Source: Acidobacteriota bacterium (GTDB taxonomy: Bacteria > Acidobacteriota > Blastocatellia > RBC074). Taken from it: 64,000 bases of DNA. The stretch is from assembly GCA_037439425.1 (NCBI GenBank), contig JBBIWA010000022.1, positions 1 to 64,000 on the forward strand, given 5' to 3'. A program made the position numbers and the translations under genes. The notes under the pieces were generated by a model, which was not told where the DNA came from, did not search any database, and saw only the letters and a program-made list of their open reading frames with translations. Of this stretch, positions 38,249-47,627 are shown piece by piece (positions within the stretch are counted from its first letter, which is position 1; every line of letters starts with the position of its first letter).

Positions 38249-39499
38249 CTAAAGGCCGGAGATTCCTACTGCACTGCAGGCGTGGCACCGAGCCCTGCCT
38301 GAGTCGCTTCGGTGGGTTCCTGCTGCTGGCGGCGTTATGCCGCTCACTTCACAGGCGCAACGGGCGTGCCCCGCCCTGAGAATGTTGATCGCGCCAACCA
38401 GATCGGCGTTGGCCTCAAACCCGCACTCGACACATTGGAACTGCGCTTGCGACGGGCGGTTGTCCGCTGAGACATGGCAGCAAGCTGGACAGGTGCGGCT
38501 CGTGTTCTGCGGCGGCACAGCAATCAGCCAGCCGCCCTTCCATGCCAGCTTGTATTCCAGTTGGCGGCGGAACTCGAACCAGCCTTGATCAAGGATGGAT
38601 TTGTTCAGGCCGGACTTGGCCCGAACGTTTCTGCCCGGCTCGACCAAGGTGCCCGCCGCTGACTGGGACATGTTGCGCACCTGCAAGTCCTCGATACACA
38701 CCATCGCGTGGTTTTGGCTGATCGTGGTCGTGGCTTTGTGCAGGAAGTCGCGGCGGGCGTTGCCGATGCGGGCGTGGATGCGCTGAACGCGGGCTTTGGC
38801 TTTCCTCCAGTTGTTGCTGAACTTCACCTTGCGGCCCATGGCCTGCTGCGCTTTACGCAAAGCAGTTTGATGCCGCCTGAAGCTGTTGATCGGCTCGATT
38901 ACTGTGCCGTCCGAGAGCGTGGCGAACCGCGCCACCCCCATGTCGATGCCGATTGCGCCGCCGTTGGGAATCGGCTGTTCGACCTCGCGTTCGGTCTGGA
39001 TCGATATGTACCACTTGCCACAGGACTGGCTCACGGTGACGTTCTTCACCGCGCCTAGCACCGCCCGGCTGTTGCGGTAACGCATCCAGCCGAGCTTAGG
39101 CAGGAAGAGGCGGCTGTTGTGCTGCTCCAGCTTGATCTGCTTCGGGTCGGGGTAGCGGAAGCTGTCGTGCCGCCCCTTCTTCTTGAAGCGCGGAAAGCCT
39201 GCCCGCTTGGCAAAGAAGTTGGCATAAGCCCTCTCCAAATCCTTGAGCGCCTGCTGCAACGGATGCACAGGCGCATCGGCCAGCCATGCCGTGTCCGGGC
39301 TGTTGCGCCACTCGGTGAGCAGCTGGCACAAGTCGGCATAGCCAAGCTTCTTCTCGCCCTTCTCGTGGCGTTCTTTTTGCAACGCCAGCGCCCGGTTGAA
39401 CACGAACCGGCACGAGCCAGCAAAGCGGCGCATCTGGTGCTCCTGCTGGCCGTTGGGCCGAAGCTCGAATTTGAAGGCTTGGAGCCGTTGCATGTCCAT
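38249..39499 (-). CDS. tnpB: TnpB (IS605 OrfB family RNA-guided endonuclease), apparently intact
   Basis: Start MDMQRLQAFKFELRP, RuvC-I IGIDMGV, RuvC-II CIEDLQV, zinc finger CPACCH..CVECGF, RuvC-III NADLVGAINI. Confidence 0.8.
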   Translation of the reverse strand: MDMQRLQAFKFELRPNGQQEHQMRRFAGSCRFVFNRALALQKERHEKGEKKLGYADLCQLLTEWRNSPDTAWLADAPVHPLQQALKDLERAYANFFAKRAGFPRFKKKGRHDSFRYPDPKQIKLEQHNSRLFLPKLGWMRYRNSRAVLGAVKNVTVSQSCGKWYISIQTEREVEQPIPNGGAIGIDMGVARFATLSDGTVIEPINSFRRHQTALRKAQQAMGRKVKFSNNWRKAKARVQRIHARIGNARRDFLHKATTTISQNHAMVCIEDLQVRNMSQSAAGTLVEPGRNVRAKSGLNKSILDQGWFEFRRQLEYKLAWKGGWLIAVPPQNTSRTCPACCHVSADNRPSQAQFQCVECGFEANADLVGAINILRAGHARCACEVSGITPPAAGTHRSDSGRARCHACSAVGISGL

Positions 39500-39514
39500 A
39501 GGATAGTTTGGGCT

Positions 39515-39930
39515 ATGAGCGAAGACAACGATATCCGATATGGACGGCACTGCGTTTTCAAGATGCACGTCCATTGGGTCTTTGTGACGAAATACCGCCG
39601 CAGGGTGTTCGACGGCGACGCTATCAACCGGCTGCGCACGATGAGCGCCCAAGGCCTGCGCCAACTTCGAAGCGCAACTGATCGAGATGGATGGCGAGGA
39701 CGATCATGTGCATTTGCTGGTCGAATATCCGCCGAAGGTGGCTGTCTCCAACCTGGTGAACAGCCTCAAGGGCGTGTCCAGCCGTCTGCTGCGCAAGGAG
39801 CGGGTCCGACATCTTGAAGCGCTACTGGAAGGGTGTGCTGTGGTCGCCGCCCTACTTCGCCTCATCCTGCGGCGGCGCTCCAATCTCCATCGTGCGCCAG
39901 TACATCGAACAGCAGCGGACGCCACACTGA
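39515..39930 (+). pseudogene. tnpA: IS200-type TnpA (Y1 transposase) with two +1 frameshifts (about 39665 and 39800)
   Basis: Frame 2: MSEDNDIRYGRHCVFKMHVHWVFVTKYRR. Frame 0: IEMDGEDDHVHLLVEYPPKVAVSNLVNSLKGVSSRLLRKE. Frame 1: ILKRYWKGVLWSPPYFASSCGGAPISIVRQYIEQQ. Confidence 0.75.
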
Positions 39931-40138
39931 AACCCAAGGACGCCTTCGCCGTCCGTGCTATCCTTCCCCGCCCTGAACGGCGAGGCTTGCCGCGCACCGG
40001 GTCAATTCATCCCACCGGGATGGCAATTCCTGCGCTGCCACACTACTCGTAAGCAACAGTAAAGTCATTAGCAGTTTCATCTCGGCACTCCTTTTGAAGA
40101 ATGGGATCACCAGTTGGGCTCCTCACCATTTTGTCAAA

Positions 40139-41305
40139 TCAGTCTGGCAATGGAGGTAAGCTCTCCCTCACCGGGTGCGTCAGGTAATAGGCGATGATCA
40201 GTGAAGCGACCTCGCTGTAATTTTCTACTCCCGATCTGACGCGATTGGCTTTGAGGTAATTATCATTCATCCGATGAGTAAAGCGTTGCAGTAGCCCGCG
40301 ATAGCGCTGCCAGAAGTGGGCGCGCGCCTGCAAATCCGCGCGCGGCCCTGCCCCAAGCGCGCCCACTATCTCCCGGTAGCGCTCGGGCGCAGCAGTGGAA
40401 AGTGCCAGCACCACACTCAAGGCTTCGAGATAGCCCGAGTAACGAACATAGGGATGGGCGGAATTGATGCAGACGAGAAAAGCAATAAAACTCGCTTCAT
40501 CTTCGCGTGCAAAGCCACGCTGGTGCGCCATCTCGTGGGCGATTGAGAACGGCAGACTGCAATCAGGCTGCTCAGCGTTAAAGTTCGGCTCGCCGGTAAA
40601 AGGCGAATAGATGCCCGTGATCCCGAGCCAGCTCATGGCGCGCGAGAAATAGGCTGGCTTGGGCGGGCTGAATCCACTAACACTAAAGCTGCTCAGCAGC
40701 GCTTCCTGTTGATATGCCGCCTCAATCACCTGATAAAGCTGTGGCCGGCTCATAGGTAGATAGCTCTGCTCCACCCAATCTTGATTGGCGCTCGCTGCTC
40801 GATAGTTGCGATTGATCCCGGCGATGATCGCGCGCCCGATCATTTCCAGCTCGCCGGCAGTCGCCTGGCGCAGCTGCAGCCCCAGCTTGGCAGCCAGCGG
40901 CGGGCGCTGATAATTCAAGCCCCAAAGGAGAAGGAAAAGCAGCGCTCCACCCCCGAAAAACCAGATCAGATTCAGAAGAGTCGAAAGCAGTAGCCTGACA
41001 AAGCCCGTGCGCCCCAGATACAGCTCCCGTATCTGCCAGATGGCCACTCCGGGCAGCCCCAGCAGCAGAAGTATCACTCCCACCTCAAACAATGAGAAGG
41101 TGAAATACCCGCTGATCAATGCCAACCCGCGGCCGATATAAGGGAAGAGGCCACGGCTGTAGTATCGCTCGATGAGGTCCGGATAGAAGGTAGCTAGCCG
41201 CTGCAACCCAAGCGCCAGCAGCAGCAAGCCAGGCGCAACTATCCAGCGCGCTTTGCGCCAGCCTCTGGCCATTTGCCTGCGCTCCCCCTTTCGCCTGGTT
41301 TCCAC
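40139..41305 (-). CDS. DUF3810-like membrane protein with HExxH zinc-peptidase motif
   Basis: N-terminal TM segments and IAHEMAHQRGF. Confidence 0.6.
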   Translation of the reverse strand: METRRKGERRQMARGWRKARWIVAPGLLLLALGLQRLATFYPDLIERYYSRGLFPYIGRGLALISGYFTFSLFEVGVILLLLGLPGVAIWQIRELYLGRTGFVRLLLSTLLNLIWFFGGGALLFLLLWGLNYQRPPLAAKLGLQLRQATAGELEMIGRAIIAGINRNYRAASANQDWVEQSYLPMSRPQLYQVIEAAYQQEALLSSFSVSGFSPPKPAYFSRAMSWLGITGIYSPFTGEPNFNAEQPDCSLPFSIAHEMAHQRGFAREDEASFIAFLVCINSAHPYVRYSGYLEALSVVLALSTAAPERYREIVGALGAGPRADLQARAHFWQRYRGLLQRFTHRMNDNYLKANRVRSGVENYSEVASLIIAYYLTHPVRESLPPLPD

Positions 41306-41307
41306 CT

Positions 41308-41697
41308 TTATTGAATGATCGCGTCAGCTTCCATTTCGATCAGCATCTGGTCATCAATCAAGCGCTGCACTTCGACCATCGTCGTGCAGGGCCGGATCTC
41401 GCTGAAGAATTCGCCGTGTGCGCGCCCGTACTCCTGCCAGCGCGCAATGTCGGTCACAAACATCCGCGTGCGCACTACATCTTTGAGTGTCGCGCCGAGC
41501 GCATTGAGCGCGCGCTCGATGTTGCGGATCACCTGCACAGTCTGCGCATAGGCGTCACCAGCGCCCACAATTTCGCCTTTCTCATTGGTCGCTGTCGTGC
41601 CCGTGACAAAGACCTGATTGCCTACCCGCAGCGCGCGACAGTAACCGACTATCGGTTCCCATTTGGTGCCAGATGAATATCTTTGTCTTTCACTCAT
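41308..41697 (-). CDS. ridA: RidA/YjgF family reactive-intermediate deaminase
   Basis: RidA pattern ([22 protein letters not shown]), about 130 aa. Confidence 0.85.
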   Translation of the reverse strand: MSERQRYSSGTKWEPIVGYCRALRVGNQVFVTGTTATNEKGEIVGAGDAYAQTVQVIRNIERALNALGATLKDVVRTRMFVTDIARWQEYGRAHGEFFSEIRPCTTMVEVQRLIDDQMLIEMEADAIIQ

Positions 41698-41877
41698 CAG
41701 TTTTCTCACTTTAACAAAGTGGTAGCGCAAACCGCCAGGGTTGCGCCATCTTTTTCACACGGTGAATGCAACGGGCAGTGCCAACCCGACAATTAGTGCC
41801 ACCCTTGCCTTAAATCCTAAAGGCGAGGATGAAGGATGAGAGCCGCAAAAGGATGATAAAAAGGGTGGATAAACTAC

Positions 41878-42897
41878 TCACCTTTTCACCTCTTCACCCC
41901 TTTCGTCCCTTTCATTCACCATCCTTTCCTCCCGGGCGCGCTGATAAATAAATTGCGCTGCGGCGACGTCCTCGATACCGAGACCGAGTGATTTGAAGAG
42001 CGTGATCTCGCTGGCGGTGGTGCGGCCTTCTTTGGCTCGAATGATGATTTCGCCGAGCGTCGCGTGGATGTGATCCGGAGTGAAGGCTCCTTCACTGATC
42101 GGGATCAAAATGTCTCCGGCTTCAGCCAGGGCGGATTCGACCGAATCAACGATCAGCTTGCTTCGCTTCACCGCCTGCGTATCCAGCTCTCGCGCGTCCG
42201 GCAGAGAGGCCCCGACAGCATTGAGATGAGTTCCGGGAGCGAGCCACTCACCATAAAGGATTGGCGTTTTAGCAGCTGTGACGGTGACAATGATGTGCGC
42301 CTCACGGACTGCCAGCTCAGGCTGCCGGACCGGGATTACCTCAAGCTGGTAGCGCTCAGCCATCTCTTCAGCCAGCGCCCGCGCGTGTTCTGGCGTGCGG
42401 CTCCAGATGCGTACGCGCTCGATCTTCCTGACACAGAGTATGGCTTCGAGGTGGGTGCGGGCTTGCACACCGGAACCGAGGATGGCTAACTCAGTGGCCG
42501 ATTCATTAGCCAGATGAGCGGTCGCGACGGCCGAAACGGCTGCGGTGCGGATGGCAGTGGTCGCTCCACCATCCAGCAGCGCGAGCAAGCGCCCGGTGCC
42601 GGCGTCAAATAACAAGACGGCCCCCTGATGAGTATCGAGGCCTAGCCGGGCATTGTTGGGGAAGACTGTCACCGCTTTCAGGCCGAGCGCGGCGGGTGTC
42701 TGCAACTGTGCAGGCATCAATCCTAAAATCCCTGCGCCATCTTTGGTAAACATGAAAGTGCGCAACGGCTGGACTGCTTCGCCCCGCGCCAGCGCCGCCA
42801 GCGCCGTTTCCATTACCCGCACGGCTTCTTTCATCGGAAACAGGCGCGACACTTCAGCCGCGTCAAGCACCAGGATCTCGTGAGAACTTACCGTCAT
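41878..42897 (-). CDS. Ornithine cyclodeaminase / mu-crystallin family protein
   Basis: OCD-family Rossmann region (LAILGSGVQARTHLEA). The start is set at MTVSSHEIL. The ORF-track extension is translation of the repeat element. Confidence 0.85.
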   Translation of the reverse strand: MTVSSHEILVLDAAEVSRLFPMKEAVRVMETALAALARGEAVQPLRTFMFTKDGAGILGLMPAQLQTPAALGLKAVTVFPNNARLGLDTHQGAVLLFDAGTGRLLALLDGGATTAIRTAAVSAVATAHLANESATELAILGSGVQARTHLEAILCVRKIERVRIWSRTPEHARALAEEMAERYQLEVIPVRQPELAVREAHIIVTVTAAKTPILYGEWLAPGTHLNAVGASLPDARELDTQAVKRSKLIVDSVESALAEAGDILIPISEGAFTPDHIHATLGEIIIRAKEGRTTASEITLFKSLGLGIEDVAAAQFIYQRAREERMVNERDERGEEVKR

Positions 42898-42908
42898 CCG
42901 CCTCCTCG

Positions 42909-43034
42909 GAAAATCCTGGGTACGCACGCATCCTTGCGTGCCTGCCTTCGTTAAGCAAGCCATTACCGCAGAGCGAGCACGCTAGAAGCGTGCGCTCCCA
43001 GGTTTTCATCATTTCTGGGCGTCGCAGCGCGACA
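42909..43034. repeat. Complete copy of the MITE/REP-like element plus the conserved flank TTTTCATCATTTCTGGGCGTCGCAGCGCGAC
   Basis: Seen directly. The terminal inverted repeats GGAAAATCCTGGGTACGCACGC / GCGTGCGCTCCCAGG are present. Confidence 0.85.
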
Positions 43035-43251
43035 TGAATAACTCCTATGAAAATGAACCGCGAAGGGCTCGGCCGCAGCACAACGAAGAGGGGGAAAGAT
43101 AGGCTTCGTGTGCTTAGTGACCTTCGTGGTTTGGTTTTCATTGTTTCCCTGCGTCACTCCTCGGGTGGTCTGTTAATGGCAGCAGCTTATTATCAGACAA
43201 GGGACGCAGTCAAGGTAAGGCAGGTACTTGCGGCGGTGACTTTCGATGGGT

Positions 43252-43566
43252 TCAAATGCCATACTTCAAATGCTTCAATCCCATCTCTTCTAATTGGCCG
43301 AGGGAAGTCAAGGCGCGTTTCAGCGTCATGCTCAAGTCGTATTCGATGAGATTAAGCACCCAGCTTTTGTTGGTATCGCGGGAAAAGACAAAAGTGCAGC
43401 GCCAGTTTCCGCTCGCCAGTGAATGACAATCAATCCGTAGCTGGCTGGGGCTCACATCCAGATGGTAGAGAGGAAGCTGATGGGCTGCCTTGACCAGTTT
43501 AACTATCTCCTCGCCCTTGTAAATCAGACAGACTGGTTTACGGATCACGGGGGCTTTCCCGCCCAT
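43252..43566 (-). CDS. Hypothetical small protein (104 aa)
   Basis: ORF only. No motif recognised. Confidence 0.3.
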   Translation of the reverse strand: MGGKAPVIRKPVCLIYKGEEIVKLVKAAHQLPLYHLDVSPSQLRIDCHSLASGNWRCTFVFSRDTNKSWVLNLIEYDLSMTLKRALTSLGQLEEMGLKHLKYGI

Positions 43567-43727
43567 TGTGATGATGGCCTCCTTCGATTCATCTCTGACG
43601 GGCAGGTCAAGAGTTTGCCTGGCCCGAAGATAAGTCTGCCGGCTGGCCGAACGCCCCGTGATCGGCTCTGCCTGTTATATAGTGCGAATTCAGCCCATTT
43701 ACCACAACTGCGTTAGATAGAGAGGTT

Positions 43728-43786
43728 AAGACGGAGAGAGAGAGGGGAATTCGCCGAGTCTCCCTTCGACCCTCTCTCCGTCTCTC
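43728..43786. other. Strong imperfect inverted repeat GACGGAGAGAGAGAGGG ...23 nt... CCCTCTCTCCGTCTC
   Basis: Seen directly. It lies downstream of the minus-strand hydrolase gene. Confidence 0.6.
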
Positions 43787-43802
43787 CGCTTCTATATCTG
43801 CT

Positions 43803-44693
43803 TTACTTCCCCTGTGAGGCCGTCATCGAGCTAGAGAGGAATTTAAGCAGGGCTGCATTGAAGGCTGGAGCGCATTCGAGTTGAGGCACGTGGCCACACC
43901 GATCAATGATGAACAGTTCCGAGCCAGCGATCTCTTTTTTGAAGCGCTCGCCCAGCTCCAGCGGCGTCAGTGCATCCTCACGCCCCCAGATGATCAGGGT
44001 CGGCGCTTTGATGGCTGACAGCTTGTGGTCAAGCACATCCTCACCATGAACGATGGAATCGATGAATCGCTGAATAGTGTAGCCATCACCAGCCGCCATC
44101 CGGCGCGTGAACATCATCTCGATTGCTGCCTCGCTGGTGTAAAGTTGCTTGTTGTAAAAGATGAGCTCGGCAATCTGCTTCGCATCCGCACGCGTCGAGA
44201 CGTTGAGCGCGTTGAGTAAGCGAGGATTGGCATTTGAGGGAAGCGAGAATCCAGCCGCATCCACCAGCACCAGGCGCTCGACCTTGTCCGGATGTGCCAG
44301 CGTAAAAGCCGCTGCCGTCCAGCCGCCGAGCGAATTGCCGACCAATGAGGCCTTGGTAATCCCCAGCTTCTTGTAGAAGCCGTCGAGAAAATCTACCAGC
44401 GTGGCGACGCGGTAGTTGATCAAAGGCTTGTCCGATTGGCCGAAACCGATCTGATCGGGAACATAAACCTTGAAGCGCGCAGCCAGTGCGGGCACCGTCG
44501 CCGCCCAGTTGCTCTTGTCGCCACCAAGGCCATGCAGCAGGATCACCACCGGGCCGGAGCCTGCTTCCAGATAATGAATCTTCTGGCCATAAACTTCTAC
44601 TTGCCGCTGCGCGATTTCTTGCGCCCACGAATTCCCCGCCAGCAGCACCACCAAGAGCGCAGCCCATCCGAGCACGCGATAAATCCTGATCAT
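43803..44693 (-). CDS. Alpha/beta fold hydrolase, secreted
   Basis: Signal peptide, HGLGG oxyanion region, GNSLGG nucleophile elbow. Confidence 0.8.
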   Translation of the reverse strand: MIRIYRVLGWAALLVVLLAGNSWAQEIAQRQVEVYGQKIHYLEAGSGPVVILLHGLGGDKSNWAATVPALAARFKVYVPDQIGFGQSDKPLINYRVATLVDFLDGFYKKLGITKASLVGNSLGGWTAAAFTLAHPDKVERLVLVDAAGFSLPSNANPRLLNALNVSTRADAKQIAELIFYNKQLYTSEAAIEMMFTRRMAAGDGYTIQRFIDSIVHGEDVLDHKLSAIKAPTLIIWGREDALTPLELGERFKKEIAGSELFIIDRCGHVPQLECAPAFNAALLKFLSSSMTASQGK

Positions 44694-44920
44694 AACTTTT
44701 CCTCCTGATGAGATTAAGTACCGAGATGACCAAACTACACCAGCCCAATGTAGCACAGGCACGCACCAGATGATAGTCAGGAGACTTGGGGTTCGACAGA
44801 GAAAAGCCATTGCCATGTCACAAAGTCCGCACAGCTTGGACCCAAGATGGCGAAGCTGGCAAGCAGAATCGGTGTGACTTTAGACGACAGGCGCGCCATC
44901 AAGCATTGAAGGACGTCATA

Positions 44921-45490
44921 ATGCGGTATCAGCTATTTCTGGCAATCTGTCTTTGTGCCTCGCTAGCTATGGGAACGCAGGCCGGGCCAATTACCTGGGA
45001 CCAGTTAGCAATAAAGAGAAGCTTCCAGGCGCGCCCTAGTGTGGCAGCTCCTGGGCTGCTGGCCGCTTCTGTTCAAGAGCCACAGGATCAGCGCCCACGA
45101 GCAGAGGAAGGCTCTGATCATCCCTCGTTTGTGCGCCTGCCTGACGGTCGCATCGTGCCTTATGGTCAAGGTGTCATTTGTGCCGAAGACTGCGTCGAAG
45201 GATTTGAAGCGACTCCGCCGCGCCCGCGGTTGTGGTTCTTTCTCCCGCCTGTGATTGGGGGCGGGATTGCTTGTGCTGTCTTGTGCGGTGGCACGAGCGG
45301 ACCGCCGGGCAATCCGCGTGTCTTCAGCAATTCACCGAATCCCATTCCAATTCCTACTCCGACTCCGGCGCCGCCAGCTCAGGTTTCGCCAGTGCCGGAA
45401 CCGACGACGCTGATCTTGCTCGGTGTGGGCCTGGCGCTTTTGTCACGCAAGCGATCCGGCTGGTGGAAAGCGCAACGCCGCTGGTCGTAA
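44921..45490 (+). CDS. PEP-CTERM sorting-domain protein
   Basis: Signal peptide plus the C-terminal motif VPEPTTLILLGVGLALLSRKR (PEP motif, TM segment, basic tail). Confidence 0.7.
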   Translation: MRYQLFLAICLCASLAMGTQAGPITWDQLAIKRSFQARPSVAAPGLLAASVQEPQDQRPRAEEGSDHPSFVRLPDGRIVPYGQGVICAEDCVEGFEATPPRPRLWFFLPPVIGGGIACAVLCGGTSGPPGNPRVFSNSPNPIPIPTPTPAPPAQVSPVPEPTTLILLGVGLALLSRKRSGWWKAQRRWS

Positions 45491-45663
45491 TCCTTCCTCT
45501 TCATTTCTCCTTTCATCTCCTCTCGGTTGGGTCTGCTCCTCTTGGAGCAGACATTTTTTTGGCCTGCTCTGCTTTAGTCAGGAGCGGAGAAAACCCCTCG
45601 CCTTCCAGCGCCAGTTTCAGTTAAATTCTCACGAGATTGCTAACTAGATGCAGGAGGTGAGCT

Positions 45664-47214
45664 ATGGAGCGCCACATCAAGCACAGCCTCACGGAATATC
45701 TTGATCTCTACGCCGAGCAGTATGCTGACCAGATTGCGATTCTGTATGAAGAGCAGGCCATCAGCTATCGCAAACTCGCTCAGCTCACAGCGCAGTGCCG
45801 ACGTGTGCTGAGCGCTTTAGGAGTTAAAGGCGGTGATCGCGTAGCGCTGGTGATGTGCGATTGCCCGGAATGGATCATAGCTTTTCTGGGCATTCTCAGC
45901 CTGGGCGCAATTGCAGTGCCGTGCAGCACGATGTCGAAGCCTGCAGAGCTTGTCTACCTGCTCAACGACAGCGGCGCGAAGATGGCCATTATTACGCCCG
46001 ATCAGACTGAGACGATACAAGCTGCCTGGGCCGGGGCGCCCGCGCTTGAGACGGTGTTGCTGGCTCAGGGCGAGCCGGCCCCCACGGCCAGGATGATCAG
46101 TTTCAATCAGGCGCTCACAGAAGCTGAGCCAGCGCCATCTGCTCAAGTGAACTCCGACTCTCTGGCTTTCATCCTCTACACTTCGGGCAGCACTGGCGCG
46201 CCCAAAGGGGCCGTGCATCGCCACGGGGATATTCCCTACACGATAGAGACGTATGGGCGCCGCGTGCTCGGGGTGAAACCTGGGGATCGGTTGTTTTCCT
46301 CTTCGCGTCTCTTCTTCGCCTACGGTCTGGGCAACAGTCTGTCGTTCCCACTGGGATTGGGCGCGACCAGCATCCTCTGCCGCGAGCGGCCCACACCACC
46401 AATTATCGCCGAAATCTTCGCTCGCTTTCGACCGTCGATCTTCTTCGGCGTCCCGGCGACCTACCGTGCGCTGCTCGAATACCGCCGCCAAGGAAATCAG
46501 CTTGATACCACCTCGCTCAGCTTTGGTGTCTCCGCAGGCGAAAGCTTGCCAGCGCAGATTTATCACGAATGGAAGGCCGCCACCGGCCTCGAGATCCTCG
46601 ATGGGATTGGCTCGACCGAGATGTTGCATATTTTCATCTCCAATCGGCGAGACCAACTGCGAGCTGGCAGCTCCGGCCTCCCTGTGGGGGGCTACGAAGT
46701 GAAGTTGCTAGATGAGCAGGGGCAGGCGATTGCGGGCGCGGGCAGTGGCGATCTCTACGTCAAAGGGGCGAGCGCTTTTGCCTACTATTGGAACAAACCG
46801 GAGAAGACTGCTGAAACGATTCGCGACGGCTGGGTCAAGACCGGAGATGTCTATAGCCGCGATGAAGATGGTTTCTACTGGTTCGAGGGGCGCAGCGACG
46901 ACATGTTCAAGTCCTCCGGCATGTGGGTTTCGCCCATCGAGGTAGAGGAGGCTTTATGCGCGCATCCATCAGTCCTTGAAGCTGCCGTGGTTGCCGAGAC
47001 AGGGCCAGACGGAACCAATCAGGTTGCGGCTTATCTCGTGCTGCGCGCAGGCGTTGCACCAAATGATGAGACGGCCGAGCAGATCAAAGCGCAGATTGCT
47101 GCGACGCTGCCGCGTTACAAATGCCCCAGGCAAATCTATTTCATCGAGCAGTTGCCGCGCACTGCCACCGGCAAAGTGCAACGCTTCAAGTTGCGCGCCA
47201 AAGCCAAAGACTGA
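45664..47214 (+). CDS. AMP-dependent synthetase/ligase (benzoate / aryl-acid-CoA ligase-like)
   Basis: AMP-binding motif YTSGSTGAPKG. Confidence 0.85.
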   Translation: MERHIKHSLTEYLDLYAEQYADQIAILYEEQAISYRKLAQLTAQCRRVLSALGVKGGDRVALVMCDCPEWIIAFLGILSLGAIAVPCSTMSKPAELVYLLNDSGAKMAIITPDQTETIQAAWAGAPALETVLLAQGEPAPTARMISFNQALTEAEPAPSAQVNSDSLAFILYTSGSTGAPKGAVHRHGDIPYTIETYGRRVLGVKPGDRLFSSSRLFFAYGLGNSLSFPLGLGATSILCRERPTPPIIAEIFARFRPSIFFGVPATYRALLEYRRQGNQLDTTSLSFGVSAGESLPAQIYHEWKAATGLEILDGIGSTEMLHIFISNRRDQLRAGSSGLPVGGYEVKLLDEQGQAIAGAGSGDLYVKGASAFAYYWNKPEKTAETIRDGWVKTGDVYSRDEDGFYWFEGRSDDMFKSSGMWVSPIEVEEALCAHPSVLEAAVVAETGPDGTNQVAAYLVLRAGVAPNDETAEQIKAQIAATLPRYKCPRQIYFIEQLPRTATGKVQRFKLRAKAKD

Positions 47215-47222
47215 TGACTACT

Positions 47223-47495
47223 TCAGATGAAGACGACCGTCTGGTAATTCGGGATCTCGAAGCGGCAGCGACAGCGCGGATTCGGGCAACTAAGCATATC
47301 ATCCACTCTGACCAGATAATCGCGCGCTTTGGCGAACTTGGCGCGGTCGTAATCACTGGCTCCGGGCGGCAAGCTTTTCTTCTTGGTGCGCCGCAGCCAG
47401 CGAATTTGAAATTCTGAACTCTGACGACACTTCGGGCAGGTGTAAGTGGCGCGCTTGGTTTCCGGCTTCTCGGTGTAAAACTCTCTCTCATCCAT
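47223..47495 (-). CDS. Small zinc-ribbon protein (CPKC ... CPNPRC)
   Basis: Four-Cys ribbon. The start is set at MDEREFYTEK. Confidence 0.45.
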   Translation of the reverse strand: MDEREFYTEKPETKRATYTCPKCRQSSEFQIRWLRRTKKKSLPPGASDYDRAKFAKARDYLVRVDDMLSCPNPRCRCRFEIPNYQTVVFI

Positions 47496-47627
47496 AGCCC
47501 GTAGTGTAACCCAAAATGACAAAGCGAGGCTAGCGATCCATTCTCGCCGCCAGGAAAGAACACGAAAGCAGCAGGCAGTGATCACCTTCCACCCCTCTGC
47601 TTAGTGCTCTGGTCGCGGTCTCCTGCT

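Larger units (their letters stand above)
38240..40050 (-). mobile_element. IS200/IS605-family insertion sequence (IS605-type divergent tnpA/tnpB), approximate ends
   Basis: Y1 HUH tnpA (HVHWVFV, HVHLLV, YIEQQ) divergent from a full-length tnpB. Subterminal palindromes CCGGCCTTTAGGCCGG (38244-38259) and GGACGCCttcGCCGTCC (39953-39970). Confidence 0.75.

Noticed and set aside
38244-38259. Palindrome CCGGCCTTTAGGCCGG as a restriction/modification site or transcription terminator
   Set aside because: Its position at the IS605 right end, overlapping the tnpB stop, fits the subterminal hairpin of IS200/IS605 ends better. No T-tract follows.
47223-47585. 120-aa version of the zinc-ribbon ORF
   Set aside because: The N-terminal 30 codons overlap the ligase 3' end and lack conservation-like features. 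The shorter 90-aa form starting MDEREFY is preferred, though even that call is low-confidence.
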